DNA of 64,000 bases from Macrostomum lignano (Eukaryota): assembly GCA_002269645.1 (NCBI GenBank), contig NIVC01000670.1:186001-250000 (forward strand), in the 5' to 3' direction. Below the pieces are notes generated by a model, which saw nothing but the letters and a program-made list of their open reading frames with translations, did no database searches and was not told where the DNA came from. Every line of letters begins with the position of its first letter. Position 1 is the first letter of the stretch. Of the stretch, positions 25,309 through 37,028 are shown in pieces. A program made the translations under genes and the position numbers.

Positions 25309-25858
25309 TGTCTGTAGATGTACATTTAAACGCAAATCACGCGCTTCTGGACCCTTGCCCTAGGGCAAAGGGCAAAACCCTAGCGTCAGTTGCTAATAAT
25401 AGCAATAGCGCCATACAATCTGACGAAATCGGTCTCGCGCGTAATGGTGCAATGTTTCCTGCCTATAAATGCGGACCCTTACATGCCTCGTTCTGTCAAG
25501 GATTCTTTAAGCTCTGTTCTCTCCAGTAAACGCAGTTCTGCAATCGCCCTATTTCTACCATTGTCCTGACTCAGTTCTCATCCTAGCTAAACCCAGACCT
25601 CTGAGGCTAACACCGTCCTCCCAGCCGACTCACTGAGCCCGGCAGGATCTGCTGACTATTAGTGTCTGAAATCGCAAATCTGCCTGAAGTGCTGTGTTCG
25701 CTCGTCTTTGTTATTGTATTTCGTTCCGACCTCCTGTTGATCCTCACCTCAGTCCCTGAGACCCGAAGGGACTGGTGGCAGCAACTACCAACACTACTAC
25801 TGATAAGTAGGCTCAACCTGAGAACCACAGGTACAACATTGGTGGCAGCGGTGGGATT
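25309..25858 (+). mobile_element. LTR (about 25309-25838) followed by a single tRNA-Leu PBS (25840-25858); internal region missing
   Basis: ...GGTACAACA-T-TGGTGGCAGCGGTGGGATT, complementary to the conserved tRNA-Leu 3' end; TATA-like CTATAAA near 25466; 5' boundary approximate. Confidence 0.7.
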
Positions 25859-27252
25859 TGAAGACCTGCCTGGCCACCTCAAGACAACCCCATGCGAGAA
25901 GCTCAAATACTTCAAGAAGAAAGAATTCGATGAGTAATGCAAGCACCATGGTTTTTTCCAAGTGATTGAATCAGCGGATTAAATAATTGGACTCTGTCTT
26001 TCTTTTATCTTGTAAACTGTACTGTACCATGCAGACACCACTTTGGGGATTATTTATTATTCATAATCTGCAAAATTCACAAACTAGGTTATTAATCTTC
26101 GGCTAAAGTGCCAGGCGCCGCATGATGCATATTCCAGACTTCCTGTTACAAACAGTGCCTTTTCTGCCTACTCATATTAGCTTAGCTTATTGCTCAGAGC
26201 TCGTATAACGCTAATTGGATGAAAGCTTGACTGAATCATGGCCATTCATTATTAACTTGACGCAAGAAGCAAGACTTGACGCTATTTATCTCGCGCTTGC
26301 AATCCTCGAGGCAGCCACCAATCTACATGTACCTGTTGAATCGGTCCGACACAACTACCACTTAGCGAGGCCGACTTGATCCGCACGTTGAGCCTTGCTT
26401 GAAAAACTGCTCGGCTGGGGCAAGGCAGTTGCATTGTTCTCATCAACTCGTGTTTGAACGTTCTTTAGATATCTGAGCTGGCACCCCGAACTAGAAAAGT
26501 AACTTCTAACTCATTGGAACTTACCTTGACGAATTGAGTTTACTCAATTAATCGCTACTTGAATTAAGCAACGAGTTCTTTGTAAATAAATGAATTGCAT
26601 GAATTTTTGCTGCGAAAGATTGTTGCAGAAAAACTTCATTTATCGCTTATTTTACGCTCGTATTTGAAAAGCTGATTTCAAGCTGAAAATTCCTTTAGTC
26701 TTGAAGTCGACTTTGCGTCAAATCAAGCGGAAATGTTCAGATAGAGAGCAGCCGGAGATGCCGACCCCTGCCTTGATGCATTACAATGGGCAGCAAAATT
26801 ATCAGTTAAAGAAAAAAACCATTGCGCTTGTCAAGTTAAGAAACTGATTTACTGCCAGCTATATTGCAAACTGGGCCAAATACATGGATAATATAGTTGA
26901 AACAAACAACCAAAACTACTGCCTTGCATGCAAGAAGATCCACATGGGAAAACTTAGAAATCATGGAATGCTACGCAGGATACTCAAGTAAAATTTGCGT
27001 AGCAAACACATAAAAGGTACGTAAAATATGCATATCGAATCGTCAACAAACTAATTAGGAGGAAGCAATAAAAATGCAGAAAACTACACAGTACGAGTTT
27101 GAAACTCGTAGTACGCTAACCTGCTTTTCTCCAGATTTCGTTATAATACAAAAAATATTTAACACCAAGCCGTCAAATTATTTGTTTTTGAAATGCTACA
27201 AGTTGCAGTTCTGATTCAGCTACTCATCCAGTCCTCATCGCGCTGGCGGGCC

Positions 27253-30200
27253 TCACACGACCATGGCCTCGATCTGGCTCACCAACAGGCGGCCGGCCTC
27301 AGCAAAGTTCATCTGCTTCACGTCCTGCACAACAACACGCAGCCGCATCTCGTCCTGGAAGTTCTCCATCTTGGCCCGCATGGTGAACAGGTGATGCTGG
27401 AACAGGGCCTTCTCAAACACGCCTGTCTGGCCCTTGTCGTCTCCGTCCGAGCGCATCTGGCCGAGCTGCTGGGCGGTCACTCCCAGGAGCTTCTCGGCCG
27501 TGTCCTGTTGATGATGAGCAGAGGCAGAGATAAAAAATTCTGACTCAGATAAACTACTCAGTGCTCACAGAACTGGCGACAGCAGCTCACCTGGAAGCAG
27601 GTCACCCACTGGTTGTCGGTGTGATCAGCCAGATTCGCCTGCAGCAGGAATCGCCAGGTGAAATTCGGGTAGCTGGACTGGCATTTCTCGCAGCGGTATT
27701 CGCCATTGAATTCGATCACCTTCTTGTTGCAGTCGGGCTTCGGGCAGGCCTGCAAGGCGGCGGTTGCCGGGGGCTCAGCGGGGGGCTGCCAGAGCACCAA
27801 GAGGCAATCAATTATAGCCTATCACTCACCTGGTACAGGCACGTCTCCCGCTTCATGTGAATGATGCAGGCAAGGCAGCTGAAGTACTCGAACTTGTCCC
27901 CGGTGCCGAAGCCGCCGGCCTTGCAGTCCTTCAGGTTGCGATAGACGGCGCTTCCGCCGCCCGGACCGCCGCCAGCTCCGCCGTCGCCTCTGAACGTGTC
28001 GAACTGCATCTGCTGGCCCTCCATGTGGTACCAGCCGCGAAGCCTGTCTGCCTCGGGCATCGACGGGTTGATCAGGAAGCAGCTGTTGGTGGTGGAGCTC
28101 AGCGACCTGCCGCCAAAGTCCGACACCTTGGCGCCCTTGACGGCCACCACCGGCTTCTTCTCGCCGTTGAACTTCACCGCCTCGTCACCCCACAGGGTGC
28201 AGCGGACGGAGCAGCCGCTGCTGTCCACCAGCGTGAGGTCCCGCTTTGCGATCTCCCGGTTGCTGGTCTTGCCCACGATGGTCTGCACGTCGTGCGTCTC
28301 GTGCACCACGCCGCAGACGTCCACGAACCTGCGGAAGGGTTGTGCGTGTGTGGGCATCCTCATGGGCTCTGCCTAGTTGCGTCACTGCAGCACTGCAACA
28401 GACACTGCAACAGACACTGAGTGCTCCAAATACTGCAACAGACACTGAGTGCCACCAAACACTGCAACAGACATGGAGTGCCCAAACACTGCAACAGACA
28501 CTGAGTGCCCAAACACTGCAACAGACACTGAGTGCCACCAAACACTGCAACAGACACTGAGTGCCCAAACACTGCAACAGACACTGAGTGCCCAAACACT
28601 GCAACAGACACTGAGTGCCACCAAACACTGCAACAGACACTGAGTGCCCAAACACTGCAACAGACACTGAGTGCCACCAAACACTGCAACAGACATGGAG
28701 TGCCCCAAACACTGCAACAGACATGGAGTGCCCAAACACTGCAACAGACACTGAGTGCCCAAACACTGCAACAGACATGGAATGCCCAAACACTGCAACA
28801 GACACTGAGTGCCACCAAACACTGCAACAGACACGGAGTGCCCAAACACTGCAACAGACACGGAGTGCCCCAAACACTGCAACAGACACGGAATGCCCAA
28901 ACACTGCAACAGACACTGAGTGCCACCAAACACTGCAACAGACACGGAGTGCCCAAACACTGCAACAGACACTGAGTGCCACCAAACACTGCAACAGACA
29001 CGGAGTGCCCCAAACACTGCAACAGACACGGAGTGCCAGAAACACTGCAACAGACACGGAGTGCCTAAACACTGCAACGTACACTGACTGCCCAAACACT
29101 GCAACAGAAATGGAGTGCCCAAACACTGCAACAGACACTGAGTGCCACCAAACACTGCAACAGACACTGAGTGCCACCAAACACTGCAACAGACACTGAG
29201 TGCCACCAAACACTGCAACAGACATGGAGTGCCCCAAACACTGCAACAGACACTGAGTGCCACCAAACACTGCAACAGACACTGAGTGCCACCAAACACT
29301 GCAACAGACATGGAGTGCCCCAAACACTGCAACAGACACTGAGTGCCACCAAACACTGCAACAGACACTGAGTGCCACCAAACACTGCAACAGACATGGA
29401 GTGCCCCAAACACTGCAACAGACACTGAGTGCCACCAAACACTGCAACAGACACTGAGTGCCACCAAACACTGCAACAGACACTGAGTGCCACCAAACAC
29501 TGCAACAGACATGGAGTGCCCCAAACACTGCAACAGACACTGAGTGCCACCAAACACTGCAACAGACACTGAGTGCCACCAAACACTGCAACAGACACTG
29601 AGTGCCACCAAACACTGCAACAGACATGGAGTGCCCCAAACACTGCAACAGACACTGAGTGCCACCAAACACTGCAACAGACACTGAGTGCCACCAAACA
29701 CTGCAACAGACATGGAGTGCCCCAAACACTGCAACAGACATGGAGTGCCCCAAACACTGCAACAGACATGGAGTGCCCCAAACACTGCAACAGACATGGA
29801 GTGCCCCAAACACTGCAACAGACATGGAGTGCCCCAAACACTGCAACAGACACGGAGTGCCACCAACACTGCAACAAGGGAGTGCCCAGACACTGCAACA
29901 GACCCTTCGTTTGGGAGTCCCCCAAACGGAGTCCCACAAGCTCACAGAGCTTATATACGCACGGCAACACCAAGAACTTGCCAAAGACAAAGCGCCACAC
30001 AGCTACCACAACCACCCACTTGTTCGGCTCCACCGTGTCCAGCTGAGCGATCGGCACAAAGTTGAACTTCATCTCGGGCACCGCGGCAGCGTCGGCATCG
30101 TCGCACTGCTGCAGCTGCGACTCGCTGCTCAGCACCATCTCGTATTCGTTCTGCGTGTTGTTGAACTGCTTGTTCGCCGCCTTCAACTGGCCCCTGCTGA

Positions 30201-32056
30201 TGTACATGGCGCGGCCCAGCTCCACCAAGTCGAAGTACTTGTCCACCTCGTCTCTGAAGGCCGTCACGCGGATCTCGCTGCTGTCGTCGGTCAGGACGAA
30301 GCTGAACAGCTTGCCCTCGCCTCGGCTGTTTGACCAGGTGCGAACCTGCGGATATTGTAGATGGTAAGTAGGTGGTAAATTGGGAACTGAATGACACTAC
30401 TGATGTAAGTAGCACTATCAGTTAGGAACTGAATGACACTGTTGTTGTTAAACGGGGGTGGGAGGAGAAGCGCTGCCCGCGGATCAGCCCTAAGGGGGCT
30501 CTGACGCATGGATCTTGCTGTGGGCCATACTACCAGGGGCTTTAAGCCCGAGAGGACACTATTGGAACCAGAGCTCAGGACTCTGGGGAGAGCATGGAGC
30601 ATTGGAGCTACCAACCCAAGCCTATGGACTAAGACACCGGCAAACCAAAAGTGGAATCTGGGACGGTGCTAGGACCGAGTCCATCCAGGCCACCACCCAG
30701 CAGACAAGTCCCGGGAGTGCGCGAAAAAAGAATTGGAATGAAAAATGTTTGGGTTACTACTGAAAGCAGTCCTAGAGCAGGGAATATCCTGAAGTCTACG
30801 GAAATGCTTGATAATTGGAGTGAGTCTAGAAGGCTGAATGACACTACTGATGTAAGTAGCACTATCAGTTAGGAACTGAATGACACTACTGATGTAAGTA
30901 GCACTATCAGTTAGGAACTGAATGACACTACTGATGTAAGTAGCACTATCAGTTAGGAACTGAATGACACTACTGATGTAAGTAGCACTATCAGTTAGGA
31001 ACTGAATGACACTACTGATGTAAGTAGCACTATCAGTTAGGAACTGAATGACACTACTGATGTAAGTAGCACTATCAGTTAGGAACTGAATGACACTACT
31101 GATGTAAGTAGCACTATCAGTTAGGAACTGAATGACACTACTGATGTAAGTAGCACTATCAGTTAGGAACTGAATGACACTACTGATGTAAGTAGCACTA
31201 TCAGTTAGGAACTGAATGACACTACTGATGTAAGTAGCACTATCAGTTAGGAACTGAATGACACTACTGATGTAAGTAGCACTATCAGTTAGGAACTGAA
31301 TGACACTACTGATGTAAGTAGCACTATCAGTTAGGAACTGAATGACACTACTGATGTAAGTAGCACTATCAGTTAGGAACTGAATGGTGCTGATTGATCA
31401 GACGGATCCAATGAACCATGCAATCAGCCTACCTGACTCTTCTGGGTCACCCGGCCGCAGACGGTCCACTTGTTCTGATACGGGTTCAGCGAGGAGATCG
31501 GACGAACCCGACTGGTGTCAATGCCGCTGCCAGCCGACTGGTCGCTGCTGCCTCCACCGAAGGACCTTCCAGAGTGCGGCGGCGTCTGCGATATGAAGTT
31601 AGCGCCACTGCTGAAGCCACTGTGTGTCGGGCGCGGCGGAGTCTCCTGGAGGGTGGTGAACCCGGGCGGTCGGTTGCTGTCGGCGAGAGGCTTCTGCGTT
31701 GAGGCCTCTGGCTCTATCAGAGACTGGTCAGGCTCGGACCCCATGCCCAGGATTTCAAGCGATATGCCAATCAGGATCTGCTTGTCCGCCTTGGTCTTAT
31801 TAATAACGTACTTAGTCAGCCTCAGAACTGTGCCAGGCAATAACTCGCCATTTTCAATCAGGTAGTTGAGCTGGGTGCCCAGCAACATGTAAGAGTGCTG
31901 CTCAACTCCGTCAGTTACAAACAGACGGTAGCGGTCCTGCCCGCCGCCAGGAACCTTGCGGTGGCCGAGGACCTTCAGTACTGGGTTCTGGTAGTCCTCG
32001 CCATTACTGAGAGCCCGCACGGAGCCGCGGCTGAGCATGCTGTCTAGGTCAGACAT
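27253..32056 (-). CDS. RPA1: Replication protein A 70-kDa subunit, copy b; exons 32056-31433, 30345-30020, 28328-27830, 27749-27591, 27504-27253 (619 aa)
   Basis: Same domains; exons 2-5 have the same lengths as in copy a (326, 499, 159, 252 nt). Confidence 0.96.
28385..29900. repeat. 27-29-bp minisatellite in RPA1b intron 2 (reverse complement of the RPA1a array)
   Basis: Read directly. Confidence 0.95.
30385..31385. repeat. 42-bp minisatellite in RPA1b intron 1 (about 14 copies, interrupted)
   Basis: Unit TGAATGACACTACTGATGTAAGTAGCACTATCAGTTAGGAAC. Confidence 0.95.
30441..30833 (-). mobile_element. Short non-LTR retroposon (SINE or LINE 3' end) inserted in the minisatellite
   Basis: 12-bp TSD CTGAATGACACT; (AAC)n tail on the minus strand. 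Confidence 0.7.
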
Positions 32057-32498
32057 CAGTGCTTTGTTGACTGTAAGTGTTGGGTCAGCTTTAGCTGGTT
32101 ATATCACTTGTTGTTCCGCCATAGCCTCAGATATGGCTATAAGAAGTTACAGATATGGAGACTTTAGGCAAAACATATGGATATGGTTAGGCCTATGCTA
32201 TGGGAATACATTTTCTATACCTAGTTCTTGTATTGAGCGATTATTAGTCGCTAAATAACTGAGACTTAAATTAAGACTTAAAAGACAATTGGCACCCTCG
32301 ATTGCATGGGTGGGCATACAGCAGTAGGCCTAGTTTAAATGAATGAATATTGAAAATTTCAAAGCTTTTGTGAGGGGGGGGGGGCTTTTAAGTCCCTTGG
32401 GTTGGAGACTTAAACAATAGGGATTTTTGCTATTATATACACATCGTGTGATTGGAATGGTAGGGGGCTAGGGGCTAAAGTTAAGATGAATACTTATT

Positions 32499-35209
32499 CC
32501 CGGGTAGCATTTTGACGTCAATTTGCGGTTGCGTTGACGTCGCAAAAATTACCTTCGCAAATCTATTCACCCCAGCCCGTCTTCGTTGATATTGTAGTTT
32601 ATTTTTGCATAATTAGATGCCAGAGTCAATATGCATTTATAGTCATCATTTTGCTAGCTCAATATACCTGTAAAATAGCAAAGAAGTAACGTAAAATATT
32701 CGTTGAAAGTAGGTTGAAAAATCAACGTCAAACTTTAGTCATTATGGAACCCAAAATTTGACGTTTCTATGCTGCATTACTATATAATAACGTAGATTGA
32801 ATGATTTTTATAACACTGAAAAAAGTAAGGGAAAAAGTAAGGCTCGTTTTTTTACCGTTTTATTTTGTTAATACATATTTTTAAACTCGTACATATTTGA
32901 ATATTTTGCTGCATGATAAAATCGCTTTATAGATCATAAGTGGCGTTGCTTTTTTATTTAGTTAGTGTTACCTGCTATATGAAACTTCACTTTCACGATG
33001 ATATCAAACGTCATCTTTCTCCTGGTTGAATATTATTCGAAATATTTTCAGCTGCCATAAAACATACCAATAGATTTTTTGGTATAGAATGACTTATTAA
33101 AGCAATACCAAATCATGGCTGATTTAGCTACTAATACAAACTGCTAAATTGGCTGGCTAATAAGATAGTTGCTCATTTTAATTCTACTACTTTCTCTCTC
33201 CCCATTTCCTATCTGTACTGCTGTTTATATTGGAAATATACAGTAATAATAGCCTTGCCTACCACAAGTATTGCATTAATTATAACTACTAGAGTTAAAC
33301 ATAATTCCTATCAAAATAATAATTGTCTGGAAATCAAATTCCTACATACATGCAGTTTGCAAAGAACTGCTTGATTTTCGAATCAGTCTTACTCTCAGCC
33401 TAATCATATATAATCATCGGACCTTAGATATCATATCCAAGATCCAATTTCAAATTTTTATTTGGAAGGTGCAGTTGTTCTAGCATTTTTATCATACAAA
33501 AAATCTTGGCATATTTGATTTGAAATTAATATTTCTTGTTTCTTAGTTTTACTAATCAGCCATTTAATGACATTATATTTATTATGCATGTTAAGTTCAT
33601 GTTAGGCCTAGCATTTAAAATATACTTTAGTTTCCTAGTTAGCTTATTAAAATCTTTAGTAGGCCCTAATTTCTCATTGTAGCACTCTTAGAGTTACAAT
33701 TTCCTTAACAAACTTATGCTTAGCTATATTCTATATTAAAACATATATTTATTAATGTTTTGCCCCATTAAGTAGCCTATAGTTTGTTAATCATATTTAG
33801 ACATTTATACATTATTGTAGCATTGCTAGGGCACTATTGTTTAATTTGTGGTTGAGCAGATTTTTTAGTTGAATAGAAAGTCTGAACAAAAGTAAAAAGA
33901 TTTATAGGATTATGTATAGAAATCCTAAGACTAAGAGTAAGGCTAAAGACTTCTGTATAATATAGTTTTGTATATTGCAATTTATGGATGTATAAAATAT
34001 AACTTTACCAATGCATAAGTCAAAATCTTTTTATAACCAAATATACTTTTTTTGCCTATTTCAGATGGCCACCTGGGTGAAGAGGACAGGAGAGATTGCT
34101 ACTATATGCCATCAATGATACTAATTCCAACTCCTAGATGAGGAGGAGAAAATTCATTCCTATGATGACATCATCCCTGCTTATTGGAACAGGTTGTCAT
34201 GAAGGGATGTCAGCTAGTCAATTTGAGGAAGGAGTTAAGGAAGAGGATAACAATTCACCATTTGATTCAGTCTCCTCCAATTCAGAGACTGAGGACTATC
34301 AAGAATTTGATGTTGATCTTCTGAGTGAAAGACTGGGCAATATGCAACTACTCTCTATTTATTTATTCTACAGTTCTGTTGTTTGCTGCTTTCATCCTTA
34401 TATTTGTTTCAATGACACTGTTTTCAACATTCTATTCTGTTTTGTCAGTACTGTCGTTTTTGGCACTATTGTAAATTTTTCAACTTTAAAAATTTAATTT
34501 ATTACCATCTTTTTCATAAATTTTCATATGCAAGCATCAACTTAATTTGTGTTAAAATAACAATTTACGAAGAAAAGTAACATCCTATATATAACTTCTA
34601 AATCCAATGTCTACAATATGTATGTATACAAGAGAAGATGAATATAAGGCTTTGTCCGCATGTATTTTTGTTTAATATTTTCTGGTAAAAATGTAACTAT
34701 TAGCCAGGGGCGTAGCCAAGTGGGGTCATTGGGGTCATGAACCCCCCCCCCAGCCGGCTGATCCAGGCCAAATACAGGCAGCAACCCCCCTCCCCCGTCG
34801 CAGAGGCCTAGCACCCCGCCCCTGGTTGCCGCTGTGACTGTGACCCCCGGAAGGAAATTCCTAGCTACGCCACTGCAATTAGCTTCTAGAAATAAGATGG
34901 GTACATGTACTGCCTACACACATTCAAAGAAAGTTGACTTCAGAATGCAAAGATAACCATCAATCATAAAGCCAGTAACATTTGTTTTCTTAAAAGACAT
35001 CTTACCAGTCATTTCGTGCATTTAAAAGCCATTAAATCTATTAAATAAAGACGGTAAAATTTCGGTACATTTTGACGTCAAAACAACGTCACAGATCCAG
35101 GTCAAAATGACGTAAAAAACATCGACAGAATTGACGTCATTTCGACGTTACACTTTGACCTATTTTCAACGTCATTTTGATGTCGCGCAACGTCACTTTG
35201 CTACCCGGG
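32499..35209. mobile_element. CCC-ended TIR element (CACTA/EnSpm-like), non-autonomous
   Basis: TIR CCCGGGTAGCA/TGCTACCCGGG; 3-bp TSD ATT; many subterminal GACGTC/AACGTC motifs. Confidence 0.78.
34705..34875. mobile_element. hAT-type MITE nested in the CACTA-like element
   Basis: CAGGGGCGTAGC...GCTACGCCACTG; TSD CTATTAGC/CAATTAGC. Confidence 0.8.
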
Positions 35210-35229
35210 ATTAATGAGTGATTGGTAAA

Positions 35230-35401
35230 CATACATGCGCAACTTTGGGAATCACCCAGCTGTTTCTATTGGCAACACACACATGTAAGTCGCTATTGGC
35301 TGAGAGCAGTCACATGACTACTATTCTGTCCAATAGCGACTTACATGTGTGTGTTGCCAATAGAAACGGACGAGTAAATCCCAAGGTTGCGCCCAAGCAT
35401 G
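35230..35401. mobile_element. Palindromic hAT-type MITE, second copy (inverted relative to 6699-6872)
   Basis: 8-bp TSD TTGGTAAA. Confidence 0.92.
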
Positions 35402-35746
35402 TTGGTAAAACTTGACATCATTGATCATTCTATACTTTACAGTGGCAGATTTAGGGGGGAGGCACACAGAGTGCATGTCTACCTATTGAGTATTTGAAAT
35501 TTTTTAAATGGAAAAGACATATTATTGTATATATACATATATATGATATTATATACACATGTACCTTAGTAATCTGCACCCCTCTATTTAAAATTTTCTG
35601 GATCTATACCTAATACTTTATTACTAGGCCTATATTGCATTGAATATTAGAAAAAATTCATATATAGATATATGAAATTCTTGTCTATTTTTTATAAAAA
35701 TTTTGAAATTTTTGAAATTCTGTGAAATTCTTTGAAATATCTTCAG

Positions 35747-36716
35747 AATAGGTGGCAATGCCTCCTTGTTATATCCAAATAGGCCTACTTGGAACCACTT
35801 GTAGAGAAATTAAATTTATGGGAAATTATAGAAAATTATAAATAATTCTTGTAGAGAACTAAATAATAAAATTATAGGGAATTAAAACTTGTGGGAAATT
35901 AAAAATAAAATAAAATAAAACTGTTGGGATATATCATTATTTTATTTTCTTACAAGTGGTTTCAAATATCCCTTGTAGTCCCAAGGGATATATATATATA
36001 TCATTATTTTCCCTATTGGAATAAGTTTCAAAAACCCGCGGATGTGCAACACGGGTGCCAAAATTGTGCCCTCAAAAGCGCGACGGGACACCAAATTTTG
36101 TGGACTGGGGGGGGTGGCAATGCGCAACGCAACACCAATCTCTGTTGACCGAATGACTGGGGGGGAGGACGCCACAGCAGCCACGTTGCAATTGACAATT
36201 CCCATTCTGCCATTCACTCCCGACACCGAGACCATGGGGCGAGGGATGAGAGTATTCCTTTCAATTTTGCAGAAAAAGAAAAGAAATTTAAAAGCAAGAA
36301 ACAGTAAAACAACAAAGGTACAACACTTAGAAAAACAGCGCACACATTGTAACTAACAAGTAACACATTTCTAAAAATTATATTTGAAGTATTAGTTACT
36401 TTACCATCAAAATAAAAAAGAACAATTCAAGAACTAGTTATTATCAAACATGTTTGAAACATTTAAATACTGAGAAACAACCGTGAACATATTACAATGA
36501 AACACAGTTTGCAAGGTTTTGGCTACAGGTCCAGGCTGCGACGCAATGCATGACGACACCAGGTTTCCAGTGTCGCGCGACGTGACACCAGGAGAATCCA
36601 AAAAAGCGACGGATGGTTGTCCGCGTTTTGTCAACTTATTCCAATAGGGATTATTTTATTTCCCTACAAATGGTTCCAAGTATTTATATGTATCAAGGAG
36701 GCATTGCCACCTATTT
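35747..36716. mobile_element. Nested inverted-repeat elements (outer arms about 55 bp; inner CCCTATTGGAATAAG...CTTATTCCAATAGGG at 36011-36649)
   Basis: Two pairs of inverted repeats read directly; TSDs not resolved; the inner terminus recurs near 39604. Confidence 0.6.
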
Positions 36717-37028
36717 TATTAACCCTTGGCAAATTATATATATTTAGTTTTTTCAGATGATAAGAAACAATATTATTTTTTATAAGAAAATGCTTATTAA
36801 AGTTATGATATGCGTAAAGTTAGGGGTTTTATTTTTAAAATTAAACAAAAACTAGAAGGGTATGTTCTAGTATTAGGCCCTATATTATTAATTAGGAAGT
36901 AGAATTCAATACTCTTAGCCAAATAGCTTTTCATCAATTTATCAATAGATTTTTTATCAATTACTTTTATCTCATGCAATAAATACTTAGTTAGCTATCA
37001 AAATTTATCATTACTTACAAATAAAAAT

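Noticed and set aside
30385-31385. CRISPR-like 42-bp repeat
   Set aside because: Units are contiguous and identical, with no spacers
35441-35612. Possible further hAT MITE starting CAGTGGCAGATT
   Set aside because: Right TIR and TSD too degenerate to support a call
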